Below, piece by piece: positions 1-12,214 of a stretch of DNA of 64,000 bases. The notes below the pieces were generated by a model. The model saw only the letters and a program-made list of their open reading frames with translations, did not search any database and was not told the origin of the DNA. Source of the stretch: Gammaproteobacteria bacterium. GTDB taxonomy: Bacteria > Pseudomonadota > Gammaproteobacteria > JAIEPX01. The position numbers were made by a program, and so were the translations under genes. Location of the stretch: NCBI GenBank assembly GCA_019748175.1, contig JAIEPX010000012.1:1858-65857 (forward strand), given 5' to 3'. Numbering within the stretch: position 1 is the stretch's first letter; every line of letters begins with the position of its first letter.

Positions 1-2643
1 CAATCTCAATATTATCAATTAGGTACTGAGATTGCGAAATTAGAGCATACCATCTCTCATTCACTCGAACGAGAACAACAATTAAGAAATGATCTCACTC
101 AGATCGAAAGCAATTTACGACGACTAGATGAACAACAAATCGCTGATCAAGATCAATTGCGCGATGCACAACAAGATTTACTCCAAATAGAAGAAAACTC
201 AAGACAACATGCTCAAGAAGCCGCAGAATCTGCAACATTACTTGAAGAAGCGCAAAATCAACTTCAAGCTTCACAACAAGCCTGGGATGCTTTTCAATCC
301 ACAATCGGCGATACGAAACGTCATCTCGAAGTCACACGAACTCAATTGCAACATCATGAACACAGAGCGGAGTCTCTTGAAAATCGACGCGCTCGTTTGT
401 TGCAATTACTTGAAGAATTATCAACGAATGATATCTCTGAAAATGTAGAACTTCATCAACAACAATTAGCAGAATTACAAAGCGAGTTAAGTATACTGCA
501 ACAATTGTTGGATGAATCAAAAACTAAAATTTCCGAATATCGCGAATCACAACGTAACGCTCAAGAATCTTTACAAGATAGTCAAGGACAATTACAACGT
601 CTGCAAGGTCGTCAAAGTTCTTTACACGCATTACAAGAAGTTGCAATGGGTCGTAAAAATTCTCAGCATCAAGCGTGGTTGGCAGAGCAAGGTCTTGCAG
701 AGAATACTCGATTAGCCGAGGTATTAACCGTAGACGCAGGATGGGAAAAAGCAGTCGAAACAGTACTGGATCAGCATTTGGAATCTATCTGTGTCGATAA
801 TTATTCTCAGATCATCGATCACATCGATCAATTAGGCGCCGCAAAAATTAGTTTCTTAAACTCATCTGTCAATGCAGAGCATGCAACACAAAATTCGGCA
901 ACGCCACTCTCAGATAAAGTGCAGACGCATTTACCGATCTCAAAATTATTATCGGGCGTTTATTGCGTAGACAATATTCATGCTGCACTGGAACTTCTGC
1001 CACGATTAAATGCTAGCGAATCGATTGTGACACTCGACGGTATTTGGCTTAGTCATTTATGGCTACGTATCCATCACGCCGTTGACGAACACACGGGGGT
1101 ATTAGCTCGACAACAAGAACTGGCCGATATCGCCACTCAAATTGAACATGCTCAAGAACAGGTGGATAGTAAGCAAGAATTGCTGCAGTCACTTACTGAA
1201 TTACTTCATAATGCTGAACACGAACTGGAATTCCAGCAACAACATCATCGCGAAAAATCTACTCAATTAGGGGATACCCGATCTCAATTAAGTGCTCAAC
1301 ATTCAAAATTAGAGCAACTTCAAGAACGTCAAAAAGATATCCAAAAAGAAATTAACGAGATCAATGAAAATGCAGCTCACATTCAATCTGATATTCAAAC
1401 TTGCAAACACACACTTGAACAAGCTGAACAGCAACTTGCCATTCACGCTCAAGATGAACGAGATTTACAAGCTCAGCGCACGAATGCACAAGAACACTAT
1501 CGTCAGTTACAACACAATGCTAATTTGAGTAAGCAAAAAGCCGATGAAATGCAAATTCGTTGCGCTTCAACTCAAAATCAAATTCATTATTTGGAGCAGG
1601 GTATTGCACGAGCAAGCCAACAAGTCCAACAACTCACAGAACGACGAGAAACTGCGCTGGATTCTATTTCATCATTGTTGGAACCTTTGCCCGAAATGCG
1701 TGACCAGTTGAGTACATTATTAGAACAAAGATTGGACGTTGAAAAAGCACTTACTGCTGCAAAACAACAATTAAGTGAATTTGATCAACAATTGCGTGAC
1801 GCCGAAAAACGACGAGCGCATATTGAAGAAGACTGTCAGGAAATTCGACATCAACATGAACAACTACGTCTTCAAGAACAAACAGCGAAAGTGAAAGCTG
1901 AAGCCCACCAAGAGCACATTGCAAAAAGTGGATTAACGAACGAAGAAATATTACAAGATTTACCTGAAGATGCTGAAGTTTCAGTTTGGCATGAAAAAAT
2001 TGAAGCGAATGAGCTTCGCATTCAACGATTGGGACCCATTAATTTAGCGGCCATTGAAGAATTTCAACAATCTGCGGAACGCAAAGAATATCTTGATCAA
2101 CAAAATGCAGACTTAACAGAAGCTCTAGAAACATTAGAATCTGCTATTCGGAAAATTGATCGCGAAACTCGTGCGAAATTTAAAGAAACCTTCGATCAAG
2201 TGAATCAAACTTTCGAAGCTTATTTCCCTAAAATTTTCGGTGGCGGCCAAGCGTGTCTTGAACTAACGGGTGATGAATTGTTAGACGCAGGGGTGACTGT
2301 AAAAGCGCAACCTCCAGGAAAACGAAATACTTCGATTCACGTACTGTCGGGTGGTGAAAAAGCATTAACTGCTATAGCCCTAGTCTTTTCACTATTTCAG
2401 TTAAATCCAGCACCTTTCTGTATTTTGGATGAGGTTGACGCACCTTTAGATGACGCAAACGTGGGGCGTTATTGCAACCTCGTGAAAGAAATGTCAGAAA
2501 AAGTACAATTTCTATTTATCAGCCACAATAAAATTGCGATTGAAATGGCAAAACAACTCTGTGGTGTGACTATGCATGAACCGGGAGTATCCCGTATGGT
2601 CGCTGTGGATATTGATGAAGCCATCGCGATGGCTGAGGCTTAA
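1..2643 (+). CDS. smc: Chromosome partition protein Smc, C-terminal part (5' end lies outside the window)
   Basis: Frame 1 is open from nt 1. Long Q/E/L-rich coiled-coil followed by a C-terminal ABC-type head with signature LSGGEKALTAIALVF and Walker B ILDEVDAPLDDANV. Sits directly upstream of zipA-ligA, as in other Gammaproteobacteria. Confidence 0.85.
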   Translation, partial: QSQYYQLGTEIAKLEHTISHSLEREQQLRNDLTQIESNLRRLDEQQIADQDQLRDAQQDLLQIEENSRQHAQEAAESATLLEEAQNQLQASQQAWDAFQSTIGDTKRHLEVTRTQLQHHEHRAESLENRRARLLQLLEELSTNDISENVELHQQQLAELQSELSILQQLLDESKTKISEYRESQRNAQESLQDSQGQLQRLQGRQSSLHALQEVAMGRKNSQHQAWLAEQGLAENTRLAEVLTVDAGWEKAVETVLDQHLESICVDNYSQIIDHIDQLGAAKISFLNSSVNAEHATQNSATPLSDKVQTHLPISKLLSGVYCVDNIHAALELLPRLNASESIVTLDGIWLSHLWLRIHHAVDEHTGVLARQQELADIATQIEHAQEQVDSKQELLQSLTELLHNAEHELEFQQQHHREKSTQLGDTRSQLSAQHSKLEQLQERQKDIQKEINEINENAAHIQSDIQTCKHTLEQAEQQLAIHAQDERDLQAQRTNAQEHYRQLQHNANLSKQKADEMQIRCASTQNQIHYLEQGIARASQQVQQLTERRETALDSISSLLEPLPEMRDQLSTLLEQRLDVEKALTAAKQQLSEFDQQLRDAEKRRAHIEEDCQEIRHQHEQLRLQEQTAKVKAEAHQEHIAKSGLTNEEILQDLPEDAEVSVWHEKIEANELRIQRLGPINLAAIEEFQQSAERKEYLDQQNADLTEALETLESAIRKIDRETRAKFKETFDQVNQTFEAYFPKIFGGGQACLELTGDELLDAGVTVKAQPPGKRNTSIHVLSGGEKALTAIALVFSLFQLNPAPFCILDEVDAPLDDANVGRYCNLVKEMSEKVQFLFISHNKIAIEMAKQLCGVTMHEPGVSRMVAVDIDEAIAMAEA

Positions 2644-2664
2644 CAGTACAAAGGAATATAAAAA

Positions 2665-5846
<3,182 letters not shown>

Positions 5847-5848
5847 AT

Positions 5849-8086
5849 TTAATAGTCTGTAAAATTGTTTTTACTCATACTGACGTTTACCACCTTCGAG
5901 CTATCAACCTCAATTATGCTATTTTCGGGATTGTTAGGTGATTTTGATTTAAAGGTATTTCCTTCGATAGTTAATGTCTCTGTTTTTGTATTTTCAAACA
6001 GCTCAGATTTATTTACATGCACTCTAAATAATCCGTAGAAAGCATTACCTTTAATGCTAATATTACGAATTCTTGGCCAAAAATCATATTTTGGTGGATC
6101 GGCAGATGGATTGTGACCTGCTTTTTTGGGGCTCACTGTAATAAGACACTTTGAGTTTTTTGGATTACCTAAGATGTTGAAGTGATTATCTGAGATTTCG
6201 ACATCAATATTCGTTGGCAACCGGGAAGGGTATTGTAGACATGAATCAAAGCTGAGCTTACTATTAATTTGCAGCCCAGCTATGGTAATAAGTCCAGTAA
6301 AATATTCATTAACATGGTCTTGGTTTTCACCCACGCACTCGATATTCACTATATTATTTTGAATAATCAATTTGCCATTGTCGTAAACAACCCCAGGCCA
6401 AGACAAAGTAGAATTATCTATGTTAAAAGCATCGCTACCAAAGTCAACAAACTCGCCGTGACGATAATTTTCAACAGAGATGGGAGGATTACCAGCAACT
6501 TGATAGAACTTGCTAATAGTTACATGATTGTCTTTTACAGTAAACTTACCGCCGCGCGCTTCATTAAAATAAAAAGCAGAATCACAATGGCGGTAATCTG
6601 AAGGAAATGACCTGGTCTCTTTATAGTTATTGGTGGTAATGATGTTATGTACAAAATTGTTATTATACCCGCCAATGTTAAATCCACTGCCTTTTAGAAT
6701 GTTATCATGAAAACCCGAATCTTCTGTATTACCATGAAAATTTGCCAGGCCGATTTTATCTATAACTGTCTCTATTAAAACACCTTTATTATCATAAGAT
6801 TGGAGAGGTGCGCTTTTTGCTATGAACGTACAACCAGTGATTTTGATATCCCGATTAACTATTCCAATGGAACCTATCGCGCCAGAGCCCGTAGCAATCG
6901 CGTGCCCAAATGACCTGGCTTCAACAACATCGTTTACATTAATTAACTGTGAATATCCAATGCCAATTGAATAGGCATCTTGGTTTGGGAAAATCGTGGA
7001 ATAGCCGGGAAATTTGGTAGGTTTTTTTATGCGTGTAGAGTCAGGTATTGCAATAATATATTTGCCTTTATTAATATTTACATTAAAGCAATTTGATACA
7101 AATAGGCCACTATTATATGATGCATCAATTACAAATATATTATTGACTTTACTATTGACACAATAACTCAGTCGAATTGCAGTCAAAGACTTTAAATTAA
7201 CTTCAGTTTGGGTTTTAGCATCTACAATAGTGAAATTTTCTAAGGTTACTTCGATAGGGTTTACCTTGAAAATCTCAAATGATTTAAATGAGGGAATGCT
7301 AAAATACTCGTATTTACCTCGCGGTGTAAACTCGATCGATTTTTGATCTGGGATATTCGATAGTGTAAGAAATTCACCCTGGTAATAATACTTTCTTGTG
7401 CCATAACTATAGTCATTGGGATTAGTCAAAATTAATCGGTCAGTAAGTTTTAGTCCATGTGCAAATCTAAAAGTCACTTTATTCGTCACCCTATCATTAA
7501 GTGTTTGAGAAATAGATATAGGGGTATTAATATTTGCACTGCCATGAATATCGAAAAATACAGAATTCTTATTAGAATTACAAAATTCGAGAATTGTATC
7601 CGAACAATCCACGGGCTCTCCTATACTAGGTAGCATCACGGGCTGCAAATTTGTACTACCTTTAATAATTTTACTCATCGATAAAGTAATAGATTTACTA
7701 AAAACATATCTTCCTGGAGGAATATATATTTCACTATATTGTGTACTATCAAAAGCAGCCTGAAATGCTTCATTATTGCTCTTGCATGCATTTGGACCAG
7801 GAGGCTCTCCTGGTTTTAAATGATCTGGTATTGCCCTAAACGGTTGACCTGCACTATCGTGAAAAACAGTTGTTATATCCAAGACATGACTTGGCAGGGC
7901 ACTGCTAGCAAAATTTCTACTAAGAATAGAGCTCGCCATTGATCTGAGCGCACTAGAACCAGATGTTGTTCTAAAAGTATTTGGTGAAGTGCCGAAAAAT
8001 GTTGCTAGGTAGCCTTTTGAACGCATAACCTCATCCTTAGTATTTTGTCCAGGCTTAATTAACTCGATTTCATTACGAGCGTACAA
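5849..8086 (-). CDS. Right-handed parallel beta-helix protein (pectate-lyase-3 / tailspike-like fold), no signal peptide
   Basis: 745 aa. Residues 1-100 are S/T/P-rich and look disordered. Then a motif typical of the pectate-lyase superfamily (CKSNNEAFQAAFDS...IYIPPGRYVF) and many N/G/I/V-rich beta-strand repeats. Sits between the two full MITE copies. Confidence 0.55.
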   Translation of the reverse strand: MYARNEIELIKPGQNTKDEVMRSKGYLATFFGTSPNTFRTTSGSSALRSMASSILSRNFASSALPSHVLDITTVFHDSAGQPFRAIPDHLKPGEPPGPNACKSNNEAFQAAFDSTQYSEIYIPPGRYVFSKSITLSMSKIIKGSTNLQPVMLPSIGEPVDCSDTILEFCNSNKNSVFFDIHGSANINTPISISQTLNDRVTNKVTFRFAHGLKLTDRLILTNPNDYSYGTRKYYYQGEFLTLSNIPDQKSIEFTPRGKYEYFSIPSFKSFEIFKVNPIEVTLENFTIVDAKTQTEVNLKSLTAIRLSYCVNSKVNNIFVIDASYNSGLFVSNCFNVNINKGKYIIAIPDSTRIKKPTKFPGYSTIFPNQDAYSIGIGYSQLINVNDVVEARSFGHAIATGSGAIGSIGIVNRDIKITGCTFIAKSAPLQSYDNKGVLIETVIDKIGLANFHGNTEDSGFHDNILKGSGFNIGGYNNNFVHNIITTNNYKETRSFPSDYRHCDSAFYFNEARGGKFTVKDNHVTISKFYQVAGNPPISVENYRHGEFVDFGSDAFNIDNSTLSWPGVVYDNGKLIIQNNIVNIECVGENQDHVNEYFTGLITIAGLQINSKLSFDSCLQYPSRLPTNIDVEISDNHFNILGNPKNSKCLITVSPKKAGHNPSADPPKYDFWPRIRNISIKGNAFYGLFRVHVNKSELFENTKTETLTIEGNTFKSKSPNNPENSIIEVDSSKVVNVSMSKNNFTDY

Positions 8087-8189
8087 AAGCCCTAATCAGT
8101 TTATATTGTTAATTCAGTAATGCAATGGTTATTTTTGGAAAGGGATATGGCAGTGATCCAATTATATCTACTATGAGTGAAAGGGTTTA

Positions 8190-8337
8190 TGATTTTTACA
8201 AAGCTTATGAGAATGCAGTACAACATGAAGAAGAGCATCGCAAGACCAACACAAGGAGTGGACAGCCTTAATTCAGGCTACTACCCTGACCCCATAGAAG
8301 TAATGGAAATCGATCATTGTTCACCGGTTCCGGTCTC
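8190..8337. repeat. Two-part short repeat (X then Y), locus 1
   Basis: X is about 8195-8282 (ttttacaaagcttatgagaatgca...gagcatcgcaagaccaacacaaggagtggacagccttaattc). Y is 8303-8337 (atggaaatcgatcattgttcaccggttccggtc, containing the 10-bp palindrome ccggttccgg). The same two parts recur at 12168-12400 in the order Y...X. Confidence 0.65.
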
Positions 8338-8386
8338 TAATAATGTTGAAGGCTGATTGATATTGCGAAAGATTGAAAATGTCTAC

Positions 8387-8767
8387 TCAATTAATGATGA
8401 ATTTTTTGATATCAAGTCCAGTAATCATCTTGTAGTGTGCATGATTCCCGCTCAACAAAGTTTCGCCGCGAATATCAGCTGATGCCGCAATTAATGCATC
8501 TGCCATTTGCAACCCATCGCTGAGTCTAAATCTTTCCAAGAAGTAAATTGCCCTTGAAGTAATTTCATGGTCTAAGCTAATAATATCAATCTCACGTGCG
8601 CTGATGAAATGCTTTAAATAACGTAACTCTTCTTTATTTTTCACTCCTTGGAGTAGCTCCATGTAAACAACTGCGCTTATAGAGAAACGCCCAATCTTGT
8701 CGAGTGTTTTCTTGGCTTTCTCGTACCCTCGAAAATACCAAATCAGCACATCGGTATCTACAATCAT
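8387..8767 (-). CDS. vapC: Type II toxin VapC (PIN-domain ribonuclease)
   Basis: 126 aa. N-terminal MIVDTDVLI with a conserved Asp, and PIN-like acidic residues. Overlaps the upstream antitoxin gene by 4 nt. Confidence 0.8.
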   Translation of the reverse strand: MIVDTDVLIWYFRGYEKAKKTLDKIGRFSISAVVYMELLQGVKNKEELRYLKHFISAREIDIISLDHEITSRAIYFLERFRLSDGLQMADALIAASADIRGETLLSGNHAHYKMITGLDIKKFIIN

Positions 8768-9000
8768 AGTGACCGACCTTCGCGTAGCTTGCGGATAAAT
8801 TTGTGAACATCCACCATGTCCTTATGGCTTTCCCACATTCCAAAGGCGGGATCAATGCTAACTTCTTTTCGTGTGGATTTAATAGGAACTATCTGCGCAC
8901 AAGCATGACCATGTGATTTAACTGTCACGGAGACACCTCGATTGACAGTGTCGATAATCTCTTTAGTATTAGCCCTTAGCTCTCTAATTGAAACATCCAT
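8764..9000 (-). CDS. Type II antitoxin (Phd/YefM-like), partner of VapC
   Basis: Start refined to Met14 of the tracked ORF (MDVSIRELRANTKEIIDTVNRGVSVTVKSHGHACAQIVPI). 78 aa. Overlaps vapC in the usual antitoxin-toxin order. Confidence 0.7.
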   Translation of the reverse strand: MDVSIRELRANTKEIIDTVNRGVSVTVKSHGHACAQIVPIKSTRKEVSIDPAFGMWESHKDMVDVHKFIRKLREGRSL

Positions 9001-9016
9001 AATCACCCCGATATAT

Positions 9017-9040
9017 TGTGTACAATTATAAGTGTACACA
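9017..9040 (-). promoter_or_regulatory. Putative TA operator: inverted repeat tgtgtaca-N8-tgtacaca
   Basis: 8-bp perfect inverted arms, 17-40 nt upstream of the antitoxin start codon. This is the usual position of autoregulatory operators in type II TA operons. Confidence 0.4.
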
Positions 9041-9083
9041 ATTTTGACTCGATTGTCAATGGATAAACGGCGAGTGGTGGCAG

Positions 9084-9165
9084 GTCTAACATTGAAACTA
9101 GTTTTATCTCGTGGACTTCTGCAGAGTGTGAGACTAATGTTTCAATGTCAGACCTGACCCTATCC
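9084..9165. repeat. Palindromic MITE/REP-like element, copy B (full length)
   Basis: gtctaacattgaaactagttttatctcgtggacttctgcagagtgtgagactaatgtttcaatgtcagacctgaccc. Same orientation as copy A. Abuts the 3' end of the PAP2 gene. Confidence 0.7.
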
Positions 9166-9166
9166 T

Positions 9167-9859
9167 CTAATTGTTGCGCGCGGTATTTTGGGTATTTTGA
9201 TGGTGGATATAAACTATTGACCCTTGATTGAACGCATCAACACTGTAGGCAATAATCCATCCTAATCCTGCGCCAGCTATCGTATCCGCTAAAAAATTAT
9301 GATTTAGCGCAACAAGACTTAGCACAACTAAAAGGCTAATAATGATCGCAGGAACCTTTAAGATTGGGTAACGCAACGCAAGAAATGTTACCGAAGCAAT
9401 CGTGAGAGAAGCATGGCTTGATGGAAAAGCTTGGAAGGCTTCTGTTTTGCTCGCGAGAAAATGAAAACCATAATCGTTTGTGTCAATTAAAGAAGGATTA
9501 TGATCAATAGTCCACGTTGTTGGCCAATAACGTCCAAAAAGAAATTTTGACCATTCCGTCCAAAAATCGGTAATAACAAGTGTGATGCTGGTCAGCGTTA
9601 AATTACTCAAAAAAGGAGAGACTCGGCCAATTATCCAACTGAATATATGCACAGTGAAAACGCCTAGAGCAGCAGCAACATCAAAGATTTTTGGAATATG
9701 AAAAAATAGCTGCAAGATATGATGTGGTATTGGTTCATGCTTATGAAACCAATAGGCAATAGGTTTGTCAAAAAAATAATAGGATAACAGCGTAGTCGAT
9801 ACTGTCGCGAATGAAACTAGAAATATATTTCTTAAGAAGACTGATTTACGGAATTTCAT
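9167..9859 (-). CDS. PAP2-family (type 2 phosphatidic-acid phosphatase-like) membrane protein
   Basis: Start refined to Met12 (MKFRKSVF), which has a GGAGG ribosome-binding site. Multiple transmembrane helices. PAP2 motifs PSSHAS and ...NHNFLADTIAG (H...D). Confidence 0.6.
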   Translation of the reverse strand: MKFRKSVFLRNIFLVSFATVSTTLLSYYFFDKPIAYWFHKHEPIPHHILQLFFHIPKIFDVAAALGVFTVHIFSWIIGRVSPFLSNLTLTSITLVITDFWTEWSKFLFGRYWPTTWTIDHNPSLIDTNDYGFHFLASKTEAFQAFPSSHASLTIASVTFLALRYPILKVPAIIISLLVVLSLVALNHNFLADTIAGAGLGWIIAYSVDAFNQGSIVYIHHQNTQNTARNN

Positions 9860-9934
9860 AAGAACCTCCAAAATCACCACTCTTAGTGACATTATAGCAT
9901 AATTTCAGATTAAAATCTTGTGGCGCCTCTGAAC

Positions 9935-9970
9935 AGGAGGGGGCAGTTCTTTGCTTGATGCATAGTCAAT
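9935..9970. repeat. Direct repeat, left copy, flanking ORF 10040-11083
   Basis: agg-agggggcagttctttgcttgatgcatagtcaat. The second copy lies at 11086-11124, immediately after the ORF stop codon. Confidence 0.7.
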
Positions 9971-10039
9971 CTTAATAACTTGAATAAGATTTCACCATGA
10001 AGTATGATAGTTGCAATTTCATAGTGGGGTATAATCAGA

Positions 10040-11083
10040 ATGAAAAACAATACTGAGACATTATCAGTCGACCAAAAACGAGAACACATCAAATCACACT
10101 TCCAATATGTCTTACCTGAATCATGCTTGATATCTGTGGAAATCGTTAACGCGATGTATGATTTATGCCTTGTCCAAAAACAACTTAATTTGGCCATCGA
10201 AGCTTTCAACAATCCGGATTACAAAAATAAACTGTCTCAACTGAAAGCTCTGTGGCAAGAATGTTACCAAAAATCACACGACATTCTTCTTCAATACAAC
10301 CAAGTTAATTTTGATCGTTATCTTGAAAGAATGATTAACGCACATCGGCGAAAAGTTGTTATGTTGCGCACAATTATTGATACTGGTAACGCAAAATCTT
10401 GCCTTTCTTTTTTTGAGCGTTGGATTATTTGCTCTGATCCTATAAAAAGCTTGAGATCACTTCTCCCGGAATGGCTATCAATACCACCTCCAACCACACG
10501 AGATAATATTGAAATCGCGAATACGATGCGTCAATTAGTTGAATATTTTATTCTTCAAGCTAATATACAAGATCGATCATTCGACTCAATGAGAAGTTTG
10601 TTGGGCTTCTTCTCAGATCTCAATAATCCAGATAAGACACCACAACCATTATATCAAAAACTTCATACATCACCTCGCGTAGTTCTGACCAAATTGCTGA
10701 TGACACTATTACAAGACTTTTCAAATCGCGCAAAATACGACCTTGTTTACCAGCAAAATATTGGCACTTTTAGAGATCTGCTTGATGAAATTATAGCCTT
10801 ACGCTGCACTCAAGAACTCAGACCATTACTTATCGATCTAATTCAAGTGATTGTTGAAGAAGATAATGGAAAAATCATATTGCCTGAATTAATTCCTGAA
10901 ATTGCGAGACCAAGAAGTATTCTGGATCCAATTAGGTCCCTAGTTCAGATTCCCTATAGTGTACTCAATACTGCATTTGGCTTTACAAGTCGATTATACG
11001 CAACAGTAGTTGAAACATTTGGAGACGCTCATGAAGAAGAAGCTCCGGCAACTGATGGATCACCTTTTCTACCTCCACTCTAA
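10040..11083 (+). CDS. Hypothetical protein (ORFan, effector-like), bracketed by about 36-bp direct repeats
   Basis: 347 aa with no recognisable domain. Its N-terminal motif FNNPDYKNKLSQL resembles INNPDYRNELNKRL in the proline-rich protein at 24379-26226. Confidence 0.55.
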   Translation: MKNNTETLSVDQKREHIKSHFQYVLPESCLISVEIVNAMYDLCLVQKQLNLAIEAFNNPDYKNKLSQLKALWQECYQKSHDILLQYNQVNFDRYLERMINAHRRKVVMLRTIIDTGNAKSCLSFFERWIICSDPIKSLRSLLPEWLSIPPPTTRDNIEIANTMRQLVEYFILQANIQDRSFDSMRSLLGFFSDLNNPDKTPQPLYQKLHTSPRVVLTKLLMTLLQDFSNRAKYDLVYQQNIGTFRDLLDEIIALRCTQELRPLLIDLIQVIVEEDNGKIILPELIPEIARPRSILDPIRSLVQIPYSVLNTAFGFTSRLYATVVETFGDAHEEEAPATDGSPFLPPL

Positions 11084-11085
11084 AG

Positions 11086-11124
11086 AAGGGCAGGGGTCTG
11101 ATCTTTGCTTGATGCATAGTCAAT
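11086..11124. repeat. Direct repeat, right copy
   Basis: aagggcaggggtctgatctttgcttgatgcatagtcaat. The last 23 nt are identical to the left copy. Confidence 0.7.
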
Positions 11125-11225
11125 TTGTTGCTTTTTCAGCACTATGACTAAACCACTAAAAATAGAATCTATAAGGATCAATCCAATAAGATTAATGTAG
11201 AAGATGTCAACTATCTCAATAAGTG

Positions 11226-11630
11226 TCAAGAAGTCTTATTTTCATTTGTCTTATTTATATAGTCGATTTCAGCTTGATTTATTTTTTCCATGTTTTCTAC
11301 TGTCCAGGATGTCAACGAGCTCATAACTACGCCCAAATTTTTTCCTAACGGTGTTAAGGTATATTCAACTTTCATGGGTAGTACAGGGAAAGACTGTCGT
11401 GCGACAAAGCCATAACGTTCTAATTTGTTTAAAGATTGTGATAACATTTTCGGGGATATGCCGCCTATTTCACGTTTTAATTCACCAAACCGATAAACTT
11501 TGTGAATCAACAAATTGATGATCAAAATTGACCATTTATCACTTATGCATTCTAGAACATTACGTGATGGGCAACGCTCACTATAAACAGAATAACTCGG
11601 TTTCAGGACTTTCTTTTCATTATCAGCCAT
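11226..11630 (-). CDS. HxlR-family winged-helix transcriptional regulator
   Basis: CPSRNVLECISDKWSILIINLL...YRFGELKREIGGISPKMLSQSLNKLERYGFV is characteristic of HxlR/YtfH. Start refined to MADNEKK. Confidence 0.75.
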   Translation of the reverse strand: MADNEKKVLKPSYSVYSERCPSRNVLECISDKWSILIINLLIHKVYRFGELKREIGGISPKMLSQSLNKLERYGFVARQSFPVLPMKVEYTLTPLGKNLGVVMSSLTSWTVENMEKINQAEIDYINKTNENKTS

Positions 11631-11800
11631 TTTTATACCTAATACATAACACATGTTCAGTATACATCAGATACTCTGTTTTCTCAAGTTAATTTGGGAT
11701 ATTTTAGTTTTTAGCTAGTTACTTTTTGGTAACTAATTGAATTATTGCGCTGATGCAAGTAGGATTAAATTTCGTAAATAATAGTAGCGGAGATTTTAAA

Positions 11801-12214
11801 ATGATTAGATATAAAAAAAACGCATCACTCATATCAGGTTTGTTGATGTGCATGATGAGTGGTGTGCAAGCAAAATCAGATAATTTGAATTATAGTACGC
11901 AAATTTCATTTGCAGCAAGCAATTCACCCTATAATGCATTCTATTATGAAATTAAGTCACAAACAGTCACTGATTTACAAATGAGGAATGTTTCAACAGA
12001 TAAGATACTATTTCCAGGAACTATAGCATTTTCAGGAGCAACGCAGATCAATCAGCTTAATGAAATTTATTTTGGCGCGGACTATTATATCGAATCAAAA
12101 GAAAGCGCCTACATTATTATTACTTACAACGGTGATAATGCGGGTAATGTACAATGCTACAGAGGTCATGGAAATCGATCATTGTTCATCGGTTCCGGTC
12201 GTCTCAATTTTTAG
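11801..12214 (+). CDS. Small secreted hypothetical protein
   Basis: Start refined to MIRYKKNASLISGLLMCMMSGVQA (signal peptide, AKS cleavage site), with GGAG upstream. Divergent from the hxlR regulator. Its 3' end overlaps repeat part Y. Confidence 0.45.
   Translation: MIRYKKNASLISGLLMCMMSGVQAKSDNLNYSTQISFAASNSPYNAFYYEIKSQTVTDLQMRNVSTDKILFPGTIAFSGATQINQLNEIYFGADYYIESKESAYIIITYNGDNAGNVQCYRGHGNRSLFIGSGRLNF

Noticed and set aside
209-715. Small ORFs overlapping smc (209-448, 332-520, 512-715) and many other 60-110-aa ORFs in the track (for example 2764-3108, 6269-6601, 14641-14906, 18673-19161, 26874-27251, 31568-31916, 36076-36357, 50051-50272, 52318-53029)
   Set aside because: They lie entirely within longer, well-supported genes on the same or opposite strand. 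They are low-complexity or out-of-frame artefacts.
8303-8337. Conserved MEIDHCS(P/S)VPV mini-ORF as a RiPP or leader peptide
   Set aside because: At the second locus the same nucleotides lie inside another gene's 3' end in a different frame. No maturation enzymes are nearby. Conservation is better explained at the DNA level.
10011-10035. Sigma-70-like promoter ttgcaa-N13-tataat immediately upstream of ORF 10040
   Set aside because: The spacer is only 13 nt and the -10 box lies 5 nt from the ATG. Not convincing without transcription-start-site data.
9935-11124. Integron cassette (attC) interpretation of the direct repeats
   Set aside because: No intI nearby. The repeats lack the imperfect-palindrome architecture of attC. 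The gene carries its own upstream region.
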